The translations under genes and the position numbers were made by a program. A stretch of 64,000 nt of DNA from NCBI GenBank assembly GCA_963663945.1, contig OY760687.1:266765-330764 (forward strand), given 5' to 3'. Origin of the DNA: Dehalococcoidia bacterium (lineage in GTDB: Bacteria > Chloroflexota > Dehalococcoidia > Lucifugimonadales > UBA3495). This document shows positions 46,962 through 56,266 of the stretch, piece after piece (the stretch's first letter is position 1; each line of letters opens with the position of its first letter). Below the pieces are notes generated by a model, which had not been told where the DNA came from, made no database searches, and saw only the letters and a list, made by a program, of their open reading frames with translations.

Positions 46962-47539
46962 CCGAATTGTACGACCCGCTCACTTACGACAACCTGATGG
47001 CTGGAACGGTCCTCGAATTTGAACGCCAACCCCTCCTGCGGCTGTCCGACGACATATCTGTGCGTGGCCCTGGCATCTATTGCCTGGTTTATACCGGGCC
47101 TTTTGATGTGTACGGCGAGATTGCGGCGTCAGGGAATCCCGTTTACGTCGGCAAAGCGGTCCCGCCGGGATCCCGCCGCGGCGACACGGTAAACGTTGAA
47201 TCCCCCGCACTGCGGAACAGGTTGAGGGAACATGCACGGTCAATCGACCATACAACGAACTTGGACAAAGAGGATTTCCAGTATCGCTACTTGGCGATCG
47301 AACCGGTGTGGATCACTCTGGCCGAGCGCTTCGCGATCGATCATTACAAGCCGGTTTGGAACCGTTGCCTGGATGGGTTTGGCGACCACGACCCCGGATC
47401 AGGCAGGTACAATGGCGAGAAGAGCTGGTGGGATACCATGCACCCGGGGAGGGGTTGGGCGGACAATCTGAGGGAGGTGAAGACCCAGGAAGAAGCGGTC
47501 GAGCGGGTGCAAACGTTTTTCGCTTCCGAACAGTCGTGA
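46958..47539 (+). CDS. Eco29kI family GIY-YIG restriction endonuclease
   Basis: GIYCLVYTG, VYVGKAVP.G.R.G, RLREH, LAE, PVWN..LDGFGDHDPG.GRY, WDT.HPGR.WA; ATGA overlap with MTase. Confidence 0.9.
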   Translation: MTELYDPLTYDNLMAGTVLEFERQPLLRLSDDISVRGPGIYCLVYTGPFDVYGEIAASGNPVYVGKAVPPGSRRGDTVNVESPALRNRLREHARSIDHTTNLDKEDFQYRYLAIEPVWITLAERFAIDHYKPVWNRCLDGFGDHDPGSGRYNGEKSWWDTMHPGRGWADNLREVKTQEEAVERVQTFFASEQS

Positions 47540-47546
47540 AACTCGC

Positions 47547-48362
47547 CTACCCGTTTCCGCTGCTGACGTCCCGGCGCTCTGTCACCAGCACCGCCAGCGC
47601 CGCGAAGACAGCGGCGTAGGCCAGCACGGCCGGGAGGAACACCCACGGGCCGAGGCCGTCGTCGCGACCCATCAGGCCATTGGTGACACCCCACAGCGTC
47701 CAGCGGGTGTAGTCGCCCAGGTTCACCTCCAGGGCGAGTTGGGAAATCAAGCCCGCCGCGGGATACGCGATCGACTCCACGATCAGGATGGCGATGCCAA
47801 CACCCAGTCCGAAGGCGGTGGAACGGCCCAAGGCGCACAGCAGCGCTCCCAGCAGCAGGTAGGTCATGGTGACAGGCCACGCCGACACGAATGTGCCCGC
47901 GCTCTCGACCCAGCTTCCCGAATCGCCTGGAGTGAACTCCAGCCCGTTCGTGGCCGGACTCGCCGCGAGCATGCCGACCCCTGCGGCCAAAAGCCACGAC
48001 ACAATCCACACAACCACTAGGACCAACGCCGCCAGGCCGAGTTTTGCCGTCAGCACGTGCCAGCGACGCTGCCCCCTGGCGAAGAGGGGGCGGAAGGTTC
48101 CCCATCCGTAGTCACTGCCCAGGACCATGCCCGCCAGGACGATCCCCAGGAACGGGCCCAGCCGCGACAGCAACTCGAACACCAGCAGCGGGTACCCGTG
48201 TGATGATATCGAAATAGTGGACTGGATCAGCCGCAGAACTCCGGCGGAGATTGCCAGCGTGCCCACCACCGCCAGCGCCAGCAGGCCCAGGATCACCCAA
48301 AACTCGGTCCTGCGGCGCAGTCGAAACCACTCCCACCGCATCATGTTGCCCAGAACGGTCAT
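47547..48362 (-). CDS. ABC-2 type transporter permease
   Basis: GSDYGWGT, AKL, ~6 TM, ERRDV ending. Confidence 0.85.
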   Translation of the reverse strand: MTVLGNMMRWEWFRLRRRTEFWVILGLLALAVVGTLAISAGVLRLIQSTISISSHGYPLLVFELLSRLGPFLGIVLAGMVLGSDYGWGTFRPLFARGQRRWHVLTAKLGLAALVLVVVWIVSWLLAAGVGMLAASPATNGLEFTPGDSGSWVESAGTFVSAWPVTMTYLLLGALLCALGRSTAFGLGVGIAILIVESIAYPAAGLISQLALEVNLGDYTRWTLWGVTNGLMGRDDGLGPWVFLPAVLAYAAVFAALAVLVTERRDVSSGNG

Positions 48363-49312
48363 CGGGACTCCTGCTCCGCCTCGCCAGTGACTTCCATGAA
48401 ACCGGCCTCCAGGGAACCGGACGCCGGCCGCAGTTGGGAGACGTACACGCCGGCATTGGCGAGGTCGCGGCTGATTTCCCATTCGCATCCGGGGGCGGCC
48501 GCCACTTCCAGCCCGTCCTCGGTCCGGTTTCTGATCTCCCAGCCGGCGTTCGTGAGTACGGTGAAGGCGCGGTCATCGTTGGTGGTGCGCACCAGGGCCG
48601 AGGCCGGGGCGCCCATGCCGGAAACGGGGCCACAGTACAGCAACTTGCCTCGCCGCAGGACGGCAACCTGGTTGCAGACCTGCTCCATCTCGTTGAGCAG
48701 GTGGCTCGACAGGATCACGGTGCGACCGCTGTTGGCGCCGAGGTTCCGGATGAGATCGCGCACTTCGACGATTCCCACCGGGTCCAGCCCGTTGGTCGGC
48801 TCGTCGAGGATCAGCAGCGACGGGTCGCCCAGCAGGGTGGCGGCGATGCCCAGGCGTTGCTTCATGCCGGTGGAGCAGGCGCGGAACTTGCGCCGCGCCC
48901 CATCGCCCGCCAGGTTCACGGTCTCCAGCAGGTCCTCGACCTCCGCGTCACCGCCTTCTGAGCCGTATACCCCCTGCAGGCATTTCAGGTTGTCCCGGCA
49001 GGACAGGTAGGGCCAGAAGATCGGGCGCTCGATCAGCGCTCCGACGTTTGCCAGCGCCTGTGCCTGTCCGGCTGGACCATCGTGCCCGAACAAAGTGATC
49101 GACCCGTCGGTGGGGCTGATGAAACCGGACAGCATGGACAGCAGCGTCGTCTTGCCGGACCCGTTGGGCCCGAGCAGTCCGAACACGCCGCCCGAGGGTA
49201 TGCTCAGGCTGACGTCATCCACCGCCGTGACCCGTCCAAACCGCTTGGTCAGGCCCGAAACCGAGACGGCCGGCATGGCTCCCTCAAAGGACGTGGGAAC
49301 GGAGATGGTCAC
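48359..49312 (-). CDS. ABC transporter ATP-binding protein
   Basis: GPNGSGKTT, STGMKQRL, ILDEPTNGLDP, SSH. Confidence 0.93.
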   Translation of the reverse strand: MTISVPTSFEGAMPAVSVSGLTKRFGRVTAVDDVSLSIPSGGVFGLLGPNGSGKTTLLSMLSGFISPTDGSITLFGHDGPAGQAQALANVGALIERPIFWPYLSCRDNLKCLQGVYGSEGGDAEVEDLLETVNLAGDGARRKFRACSTGMKQRLGIAATLLGDPSLLILDEPTNGLDPVGIVEVRDLIRNLGANSGRTVILSSHLLNEMEQVCNQVAVLRRGKLLYCGPVSGMGAPASALVRTTNDDRAFTVLTNAGWEIRNRTEDGLEVAAAPGCEWEISRDLANAGVYVSQLRPASGSLEAGFMEVTGEAEQESR

Positions 49313-49321
49313 GACAGGGGC

Positions 49322-50557
49322 CTATACCAGGACGTCAAAGCCGTAACCCGCGTTGTTCAGGGCTCCGTCTTCAAATCGGGACAGCTTCAACGGAGAGATA
49401 TCCATGCTCGTGGCCGCGCCGCTGCCGATCAACTCGGCCATCAGCACGCCCACCATGGGAGACAGCTTGAAGCCGTGGCCGCTGAAACCGGTGCACAGGT
49501 AGAGCCCGTCCACGCCGTCGACGCGATCCATGATGGGATGGGAGTCGGGCGTATTGGTGTACAGCCCCGCATATCCGGCAGCCAGTTCAGCGTCGGCGAT
49601 GGCAGGAATCCGGCGGGCCAGGCGCTGCCACACGTCCTCGATAAACGACGGGCTGGCCCGCTGGGCGAAGACCTCTGGGTCGTCGACCACGTCGGAGTGG
49701 TTGCCATTGCCGACCAGGGTCAGGTCCTGTCCCTCGGGGCGGAAGTAGATGCGATTGCCGATGTCGGCGCCGCCCGGGTGGTAGGGCACCAGGTCCAGCG
49801 GCCGGCGGAAGTGCAGCACCTCGTGGCGTGTCGCGACTAGGGGGACCTCGATGCCCTGAGGTGCGAGGAAGCGAGCGGTCCACGGGCCTGTGGCCACCAC
49901 CGCGACGGCGGTCTCGATGCGCTCTCCCGAGGCGGTGCTGACCGCCACGACCCGGCTACCGTCCTCGCTGGTTTCGATGGCGTCTGCAGGCGTTTGCAGT
50001 CGGATGGTGACGCCTTCGCTACGTGCACGGGTGGCGTAGGCGTAGGCGGTGCCCGAGGCGTCGGCGTGGCCGGAGTAGGGCTCGTAGGCGATGCCGGCCG
50101 CGTCGGAGACCTCGAAGCCGGGGGCCAGTTCCGAGGCGTCGGCGGCGCTGATGATATCGGTGATCACGCCCACCGACTGCTGCGTCGCAATGTTGGCCCG
50201 GAAGGACGGCAGGTCATCCTGACCGGCGAACACGAGGTAGCCGGTGCGGGTGTAGCCGCACTCGCCGCCGATCATGTCGGCGAAGTTGCGGAAGATGTGC
50301 AGGCTCCGCCAGGCTAGCTCGGCGTTGATAGCGGTGGAGTAGTGCATGCGTATCCCGCCGCTGCTGCGCCCGGTGGATCCGCTGCCCAGCGTGTCCCGTT
50401 CCAGCAGCACGATGCGCCGGAGGCCGTGGTCGGCGGCGGTGAGGGCCAGGTTGCAGGCGATGCTGCAGCCCATCACGCCTCCCCCGATGATGACGACATC
50501 GGCGGTCCCGGTCGCGCTGGTCACTTGCTCCGATGGACGTTTCGCTGGTCCTGCCAT
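49322..50557 (-). CDS. FAD-dependent oxidoreductase (DAO/sarcosine oxidase beta-like)
   Basis: IIGGGVMG, GSTGRSSG, TPDSHP, GFSGHGFK; start uncertain. Confidence 0.88.
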   Translation of the reverse strand: MAGPAKRPSEQVTSATGTADVVIIGGGVMGCSIACNLALTAADHGLRRIVLLERDTLGSGSTGRSSGGIRMHYSTAINAELAWRSLHIFRNFADMIGGECGYTRTGYLVFAGQDDLPSFRANIATQQSVGVITDIISAADASELAPGFEVSDAAGIAYEPYSGHADASGTAYAYATRARSEGVTIRLQTPADAIETSEDGSRVVAVSTASGERIETAVAVVATGPWTARFLAPQGIEVPLVATRHEVLHFRRPLDLVPYHPGGADIGNRIYFRPEGQDLTLVGNGNHSDVVDDPEVFAQRASPSFIEDVWQRLARRIPAIADAELAAGYAGLYTNTPDSHPIMDRVDGVDGLYLCTGFSGHGFKLSPMVGVLMAELIGSGAATSMDISPLKLSRFEDGALNNAGYGFDVLV

Positions 50558-50612
50558 ATCGTTGGTCCGTATCACTTATAACGAATCTTATCAATGAGCG
50601 GATTTATCAGAG

Positions 50613-51020
50613 TCATCCCCGTTCCCTCGACCGGCGAACGCGGAAGCTGGCGCCCCGCTGTTTCCGCATCCAGCGCAGGAAATCGGCGACGCGCGGGTTC
50701 GATCTGAGCAGTTGCACGCTGTACAACTCCTCGGCCAGCGTCGTGACCGAAAACATGGCGTGGACCTGCCGGTGACAGGTGGGGCAGAGCAGCGCCTTTG
50801 GCCCGTGGTTCCCGCCACGGGCTCGCGGGATCAGATGGTGGACAGTGAAGCGTTCAACCACCCGTTCGCAGAGGTCGCAAGCGCTGGGGTCGTCTCCCGG
50901 CCGTCGGCGTCGTACCGCGCCGTCGGGCTCGCCAGTTGCGTCAGGAGGTACGGATGGGGCGGCTTGCTCTTTGCGCGCGCCGCGAGAACGGGTGCGCGCT
51001 GCCCGCCTAGCCATTGCCAC
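50613..51020 (-). CDS. Small HNH endonuclease-like protein
   Basis: CDLC...HHLIPRARGG...LCPTCHRQVH. Confidence 0.82.
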   Translation of the reverse strand: MAMARRAARTRSRGARKEQAAPSVPPDATGEPDGAVRRRRPGDDPSACDLCERVVERFTVHHLIPRARGGNHGPKALLCPTCHRQVHAMFSVTTLAEELYSVQLLRSNPRVADFLRWMRKQRGASFRVRRSRERG

Positions 51021-51495
51021 CCTGGCCGGATGCGTCGAGGAACCGCCAGCCGGGAAGGTCCACCTGCCACTGCGCGTCTTCGAGCAGCATGGGGATCATC
51101 AGGCCCGACATCAGGCGGCTGTGCTGCACCACGGTCTCATCGGTCACGCCGAAGGGCAGGAACACGAAAGCATGCTGGTCGTCCACATAGCGGGTGGGAG
51201 CGGCCGCCAATTCGGTAAGGTCTTCCAGGGGCCACAGGCGCAGGACGGTGGTCCGGAAGTCGTCCATCATCGACACACGCATTGGGTGATCGGGGTCGTA
51301 GGCAGCGCGGTAGGCCACCTGCATGTCGATGTTGAGCTTGGTGGCCCACACGCCCAAGCGCATGCCCCGGGTCTCCTTGGAAAGCATCGACCAGGCCAGG
51401 TCCATGTCCCCGTCGCGGATGGACTCGGCGAACAGGCCGGCGCGCTGCCCCACCTCGTCGGGTTCCTGGCTGCGGCGTTGCCCGGGCATTCGCAT
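51007..51495 (-). CDS. Hypothetical protein
   Basis: Co-oriented ORF overlapping the HNH gene; AAGGA RBS. Confidence 0.7.
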   Translation of the reverse strand: MRMPGQRRSQEPDEVGQRAGLFAESIRDGDMDLAWSMLSKETRGMRLGVWATKLNIDMQVAYRAAYDPDHPMRVSMMDDFRTTVLRLWPLEDLTELAAAPTRYVDDQHAFVFLPFGVTDETVVQHSRLMSGLMIPMLLEDAQWQVDLPGWRFLDASGQGGNG

Positions 51496-51540
51496 GCTGA
51501 TTGTCCTTGGTGCAGTTGGCGCGGGGTCGACGAAAGACGT

Positions 51541-53298
51541 TCAGTATCCCACGGCGTAACCGTCGTAGCGGGGGTCGGCGGCGCCGTGCAGCGCTGCGGT
51601 GTCGGGGTCGATGTACAGCGCCATCTCGCGGCCAGTCACTCCGTCCCACGCGCCCAGTTCGTGCACCGGGTGGCCCATGGCCCGTAGCTGACGCAGCGCG
51701 TCGGCGTCGAAACGATTTTCGATGAGGAGGCGGTCCTCGGCGGTGTGCGGGATCGTGGACTCGGTGCCGTCGCCGACGTGCTTCCAGCGTGGCGCTTCCA
51801 CGGCTTCCTGCAGCGTCATCCCGTAGTCCACCAGGTTGGTGATGACCTGCATGTTGCTCTGCACCTGGCAGTCCGCCCCGGGCGTGCCCAGCACGTAGGT
51901 CAACTGGCGCCTGGATGATGCGCTGCCGTTGCTCCCGTTCTCCGATGATCCGCCAGGCCGGCGGAACACCATCACCGGGTTCATGGTGTGCCGCACGCGC
52001 TTGCCCGGCTGCAGGCAGTCCACGTGGTCGGGATCCAGGTGCCAGTAGGTCATGCGGTTGTTCAGCAGGATGCCGGTGTCGCCGGCCACCAGCGAGGAAC
52101 CCCAGCCGCTCTGGATGCTCTGCAACTGGCACACCGCGTTACCGGCGCGGTCGGCAACCACGAAGCACGTGGTGTCTTCCTGCTCGGAGCGGGGGCCGCG
52201 ACGCCGGGCGCCCACGCCGGCCGGCGAACGGCGCTGCCCCGCCGGTTGGTGCGGCCAGGGATCCCCTGCGGTCACGTTCTCCGCGGCCCGCGCCGGGTCG
52301 ATGGTGGCGGCGCGTTCCCGCGCGTACTCGGCGGATAGCATCCCGGCGACGGGCACGTCGATGTAGTCGGGGTCGGCCACGTAGGCCTCCCGGTCCGCGA
52401 ACGCCATCTTCTTGGCCTCGACCATCAGGTGGATGGATGCGGGCGAACCGAACCCCAGGCTCGCCATGTCGTGCTGCCGGATGACGTTGAGTTCCTGCAG
52501 CAGGATGTGCCCGCTGGAGTTGGGAGGCGCTTCGTAAACCGTGTAGTCGCCGTAGTCCGTCGATATCGCGTCCTGCCAGCGGGATGAGCAGTCGTTCAGG
52601 TCGGCCATGGTTAGCAGGCCGCCCTGTTCTTCGCTGAAACGGACGATGGCCTCGCCGATCTCTCCGCGGTAGAAGGCGTCTCTGCCCTGCTCGGCAATGG
52701 CCGACAGCGTGCGCGCCAGGTTCGCCTGCCGCAGGATGTCTCCGGCGCGCAGCGGCTCTCCGGAACCGTCCCGCGTGAAAATCGCCCGGCTGGTGGGGAA
52801 CTCGCACAGCAGCGAGTCGCCGGCGATGGCGGATGCCAGGTAGTGCGTTACCGGGAAACCGTCGTCGGCCAGGGCAATGGCGGGGGCGAACACCTCGGTC
52901 AGAGGCAGCGACCCGTACTCGGAATGAACGTCCAGCCACGCGTTGAGCAAGCCGGGCACCGAAACGCTCAGGATGCCTTTCATGGGGATCCCGTCACGAT
53001 ACCGCTCCAGCGTCGCTGCGTAAGGCGCGGCGCCGGTCCCGTTGGACAGCCGCAGGGAATCGTCCTCAGAGCGGTAGGCCATGACGAACCCGTCGCCGCC
53101 GATGCCCGACATCAGCGGCTCGACGACGTTGAGAACCGCCGCCGTGGCGATGGCGGCGTCAAAGGCGTTGCCGCCCTTTTGCAGGACGGATATGCCCGCC
53201 TGGGCCGCCAGGGGATGGCCGGCGCAGACCATGCCGTTGCGCCCCATGACCACCGGACGGTGGGCCGAGTAGCGGATGCCGTGGGGTGAGGCTGACAT
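51541..53298 (-). CDS. ggt: Gamma-glutamyltransferase family protein
   Basis: GGNAFDAAIA, SGIGGDGF, DTT (Thr nucleophile), LLNNR, GTPG, AADPR. Confidence 0.92.
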   Translation of the reverse strand: MSASPHGIRYSAHRPVVMGRNGMVCAGHPLAAQAGISVLQKGGNAFDAAIATAAVLNVVEPLMSGIGGDGFVMAYRSEDDSLRLSNGTGAAPYAATLERYRDGIPMKGILSVSVPGLLNAWLDVHSEYGSLPLTEVFAPAIALADDGFPVTHYLASAIAGDSLLCEFPTSRAIFTRDGSGEPLRAGDILRQANLARTLSAIAEQGRDAFYRGEIGEAIVRFSEEQGGLLTMADLNDCSSRWQDAISTDYGDYTVYEAPPNSSGHILLQELNVIRQHDMASLGFGSPASIHLMVEAKKMAFADREAYVADPDYIDVPVAGMLSAEYARERAATIDPARAAENVTAGDPWPHQPAGQRRSPAGVGARRRGPRSEQEDTTCFVVADRAGNAVCQLQSIQSGWGSSLVAGDTGILLNNRMTYWHLDPDHVDCLQPGKRVRHTMNPVMVFRRPGGSSENGSNGSASSRRQLTYVLGTPGADCQVQSNMQVITNLVDYGMTLQEAVEAPRWKHVGDGTESTIPHTAEDRLLIENRFDADALRQLRAMGHPVHELGAWDGVTGREMALYIDPDTAALHGAADPRYDGYAVGY

Positions 53299-53389
53299 TG
53301 GGACGTCGCTCCTTGTGTGTGGGTGGCAGGTCCGGCAGCGCTGCCGCGTGCGGCCGGATGCATCGGGCCCGTGGTGGGTTGGGACGGGG

Positions 53390-54205
53390 TCAGGACGCCG
53401 GCGCGGTGACCGGGCGGATCGAAGCCAGCATGTCGATGGACACGCCGCCCTTGGAGAAAAAGACCTCCAGCTCGTGGGTATAATTGCCGCCGGAGCTGCG
53501 GAGGGTGTTGAGCAGGGTGTCCGTGCCGATGCTCAGGATGGACGACGGCTCGTGCTGCACGGTGGACAGGTTCTTCGCGCCGCACAGGTCCAGCGCGGCA
53601 AAGATCGTGTCGTGCAGGAACGCTTCTCCAAGGTCCGTGTTGTCCAGCAACGCGAGGTTGAAGTTGGCGTGGGCCAGGTTCGCCTGCTCAAGGGTCGCGT
53701 CGGTGAACACCGTCTTGTAAAAGGTGGAGTTGGACAGGTTGGCGGATTGCATGTCGGCCCAGCTCAGGTTCGCTTCCGAGAAATCGGAAAAGCTGCAATA
53801 GGTGCCACGCAGCACCGCGCAACTCAGGTCGGAGCCGCGCAGGGTGATCTGGCTCAGGTCGGCCCGCGCCAGGTTCGCGCCCTGCAATTGGGCGTAGGAC
53901 AGGTTCGCCTCGCTCAGGGTGGCGCCCTGCAGGCTCGCGCCGCGCAGGTCCGCGCTCTGCATATTGGCCCCGCTCAGGTTGCAAAACTGGAGGTCGGCGC
54001 CGCGCAGGTCGGCGTCGCCAAGATCGGAGCCGCTGAAGTCCAGGTGCGTGAGATTGGCCCACGACAGATTGGTCCCCCGCAGCCGGGCGTCGGCAAAGGA
54101 TGTGCTGGTGAGGTCCGCGTTGGTCCGCAGGTCGTTCCAGATCGATACGTCCTTGCGCAGTCGGCTCAGGCATTGCTCTTTCGAGACGGAGGGCCATATT
54201 TTCAT
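53390..54205 (-). CDS. Pentapeptide repeat protein
   Basis: Long run of A(D/N)L.. repeats. Confidence 0.9.
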   Translation of the reverse strand: MKIWPSVSKEQCLSRLRKDVSIWNDLRTNADLTSTSFADARLRGTNLSWANLTHLDFSGSDLGDADLRGADLQFCNLSGANMQSADLRGASLQGATLSEANLSYAQLQGANLARADLSQITLRGSDLSCAVLRGTYCSFSDFSEANLSWADMQSANLSNSTFYKTVFTDATLEQANLAHANFNLALLDNTDLGEAFLHDTIFAALDLCGAKNLSTVQHEPSSILSIGTDTLLNTLRSSGGNYTHELEVFFSKGGVSIDMLASIRPVTAPAS

Positions 54206-54395
54206 GACGGGACTCCCGGTTGAATGATTGTCCTATGATGGCAATGTTCGTTTCGATTATTCAACAGCCCGCGCTGCCGTTATGGGGCTTTGACGCGTTG
54301 CTATGCGAAAGCCCCGGCAGCCGGTGGCGCCGGGGCAAATGATTCCTGTGTCGGCGATCCCGGGCACGGCCCGAGACTGCCGGAGGTATCGAAGC

Positions 54396-54767
54396 CTAGT
54401 GTCCGCCGCAGCCGCAACCACCGCCGCCGCAGCCACAACCGCCACCGCCGCAGCCGCAACCACCGCTTCCGCATCCGCCGCCGGCGTACATCGGGTTGTT
54501 GATGACGAACCCGACCCGGCCGCCGAACTCCTCGATGTAGTCGATGGTGGCCTCTTCCAGGAACGGCGCGCTGTCGGAGTCCATGAGGAACTCCATGCCG
54601 TCCATGCGGAGCACGGTGTCGTCAGGCTGGTGCTCCTTCTCCATGGTGAGCATGTACTGGAGGCCTTGTCCGGCAGGCATGGCAACCACCCGCAGGGCGG
54701 AACCGGCCTCGTCCTCGGCGGTGACAACTTCCTTGAGTTTCTCGATAGCCAGAGGGGTAACGTTCAT
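54396..54767 (-). CDS. HesB/IscA-like protein with Gly/Cys-rich tail
   Basis: VTPLA, LRV, DSAPFLEEATIDY, GF.INNP then (GGCGC)n; promoter TTGACG-18-TACGCT at 54867-54838. Confidence 0.85.
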   Translation of the reverse strand: MNVTPLAIEKLKEVVTAEDEAGSALRVVAMPAGQGLQYMLTMEKEHQPDDTVLRMDGMEFLMDSDSAPFLEEATIDYIEEFGGRVGFVINNPMYAGGGCGSGGCGCGGGGCGCGGGGCGCGGH

Positions 54768-55126
54768 CGTTGTCGCTCCTGAATAGCGCAAGTGTTGGGA
54801 ACTCCGGGCGGAATCCCCATGTTTCCACAGTGAGCAAAGCGTATCACGGGGCGATGAGGGGCGTCAAACAGGGCGCGCGCGAGAAAACCTCTCAGCTCCG
54901 ACCCGTGGTGGCCCGGCCACAAATCGACCAGCGCATTGACGAACGTGACGATGGATCCAACCGCCCAAATCGTTGCCTCATCCCGTCGTTGCCCGAGAGT
55001 CGCCGCCCGAGAGTCTCCACTTGATAAAATGCAAGCCGGACAGGATGGCAACACTCGACAAGGGAGCCGCCCCCCAGCGTGCCGCTCAACCATTGCAACC
55101 AGTGTGCCCGAAACACAGGAGGCCCC

Positions 55127-55462
55127 ATGACAGCAGCAGAAATACTGAGCCCGGAGGTCGAACAGAGTGTATCCCAGATAGTCCTGCGGGACCTGGAACA
55201 CATAGCCACCGAGGGCATCTCGATCAACGAAGTCAGGATCACACCTGGCGAGGACCAATACGGAGACCCGTACTACCACATCGTGGTCGTCTACTCTGGG
55301 AACGGCGACCTCTTAGACCCGGCGTGGCTGAATGGTTTCAAGAGACGGAACCGAAAGGACCTCGCGAGGTGGGGAGTCAACCTCACGACGGAATCTTACG
55401 TCGAAGTATCCGAATACAGAGAGTGGTTAGAGATGTCGAAGACTGAATACGATGAGGAGTAG
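55127..55462 (+). CDS. Small acidic protein, putative antitoxin of the downstream HEPN protein
   Basis: GGAGG RBS; GEDQYGDP...IVVVY; 6 nt upstream of HEPN gene; TGaTAAAAT at 55022-55030. Confidence 0.6.
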   Translation: MTAAEILSPEVEQSVSQIVLRDLEHIATEGISINEVRITPGEDQYGDPYYHIVVVYSGNGDLLDPAWLNGFKRRNRKDLARWGVNLTTESYVEVSEYREWLEMSKTEYDEE

Positions 55463-55468
55463 CAACGC

Positions 55469-55960
55469 ATGAACTGGGAGCAGTTGCTCGAACTGGCTGA
55501 GATGCTGGCCGGGGCGCCGGTACTCGGTGAGACCAGAGGCAGGCCGCAGCAGACCCATCTCAGGAAAGCGAACAGCGCCGCCTACTACGCCATGTTCCAT
55601 GCACTCGCCAACAGCAACGCGGACGCGCTGATCGGATCAGGAGCGGCCATTCGCAGAAGCGAAGAATGGGCCGCCACGCAAAGGGCACTCAACCACGGGA
55701 TATCCCGGAACCAGATGCTCAACGGGAGACGGATGGCAACCTTTCATGCCGACATACAGGACTTCGCTGAAACCTTCATCGAATTGCAAGTCCAACGTCA
55801 CGAGGCCGATTACAATCCCAACTTGGCCACGCCGCTGACCCGAACGCAGACCGTGCGTAACATACAGCGCGCCCGTGACGCCACCCAAGCGTTCCTGGCA
55901 GCGGCGCCCCAAGAACGCCGACGATTCGCCACGCACCTGTTATTCGCGCGGCGAAGTTGA
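55469..55960 (+). CDS. HEPN domain protein
   Basis: LRKANSAAYYAMFHAL and LQVQRHEADY. Confidence 0.8.
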   Translation: MNWEQLLELAEMLAGAPVLGETRGRPQQTHLRKANSAAYYAMFHALANSNADALIGSGAAIRRSEEWAATQRALNHGISRNQMLNGRRMATFHADIQDFAETFIELQVQRHEADYNPNLATPLTRTQTVRNIQRARDATQAFLAAAPQERRRFATHLLFARRS

Positions 55961-56266
55961 GCAGTAGAGTCGACAAGATGATCAAACCGCGCGAATGCAG
56001 GGAAACCATTCGACCTGCAATCGAAGTGGTTAAGCCTCTTCATAATCGTGAGGCCTGATGGGCGCGTCGATCTCTGTCAGCCTGTAGAGCTGCTTGCAGT
56101 GTCGCGCTTGCGGGTAACGAGCAGCTGAATTTCTATTGTTTGGTCGCAAGGGCCAAACGGATATTCCTGTTTGCAACGCTGCCCACCCCTCCCTATACTG
56201 CGGCCATCTGCCACCAGACGCAGCGTTCCGGACGGATTCCGGCGGCCCACAGCGAGGAGGCTCCTG

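Noticed and set aside
50613-51020. HNH protein as an RNA-guided or mobile nuclease
   Set aside because: Short stand-alone HNH in a native-GC operon with no adjacent non-coding space, repeats or RuvC motifs.
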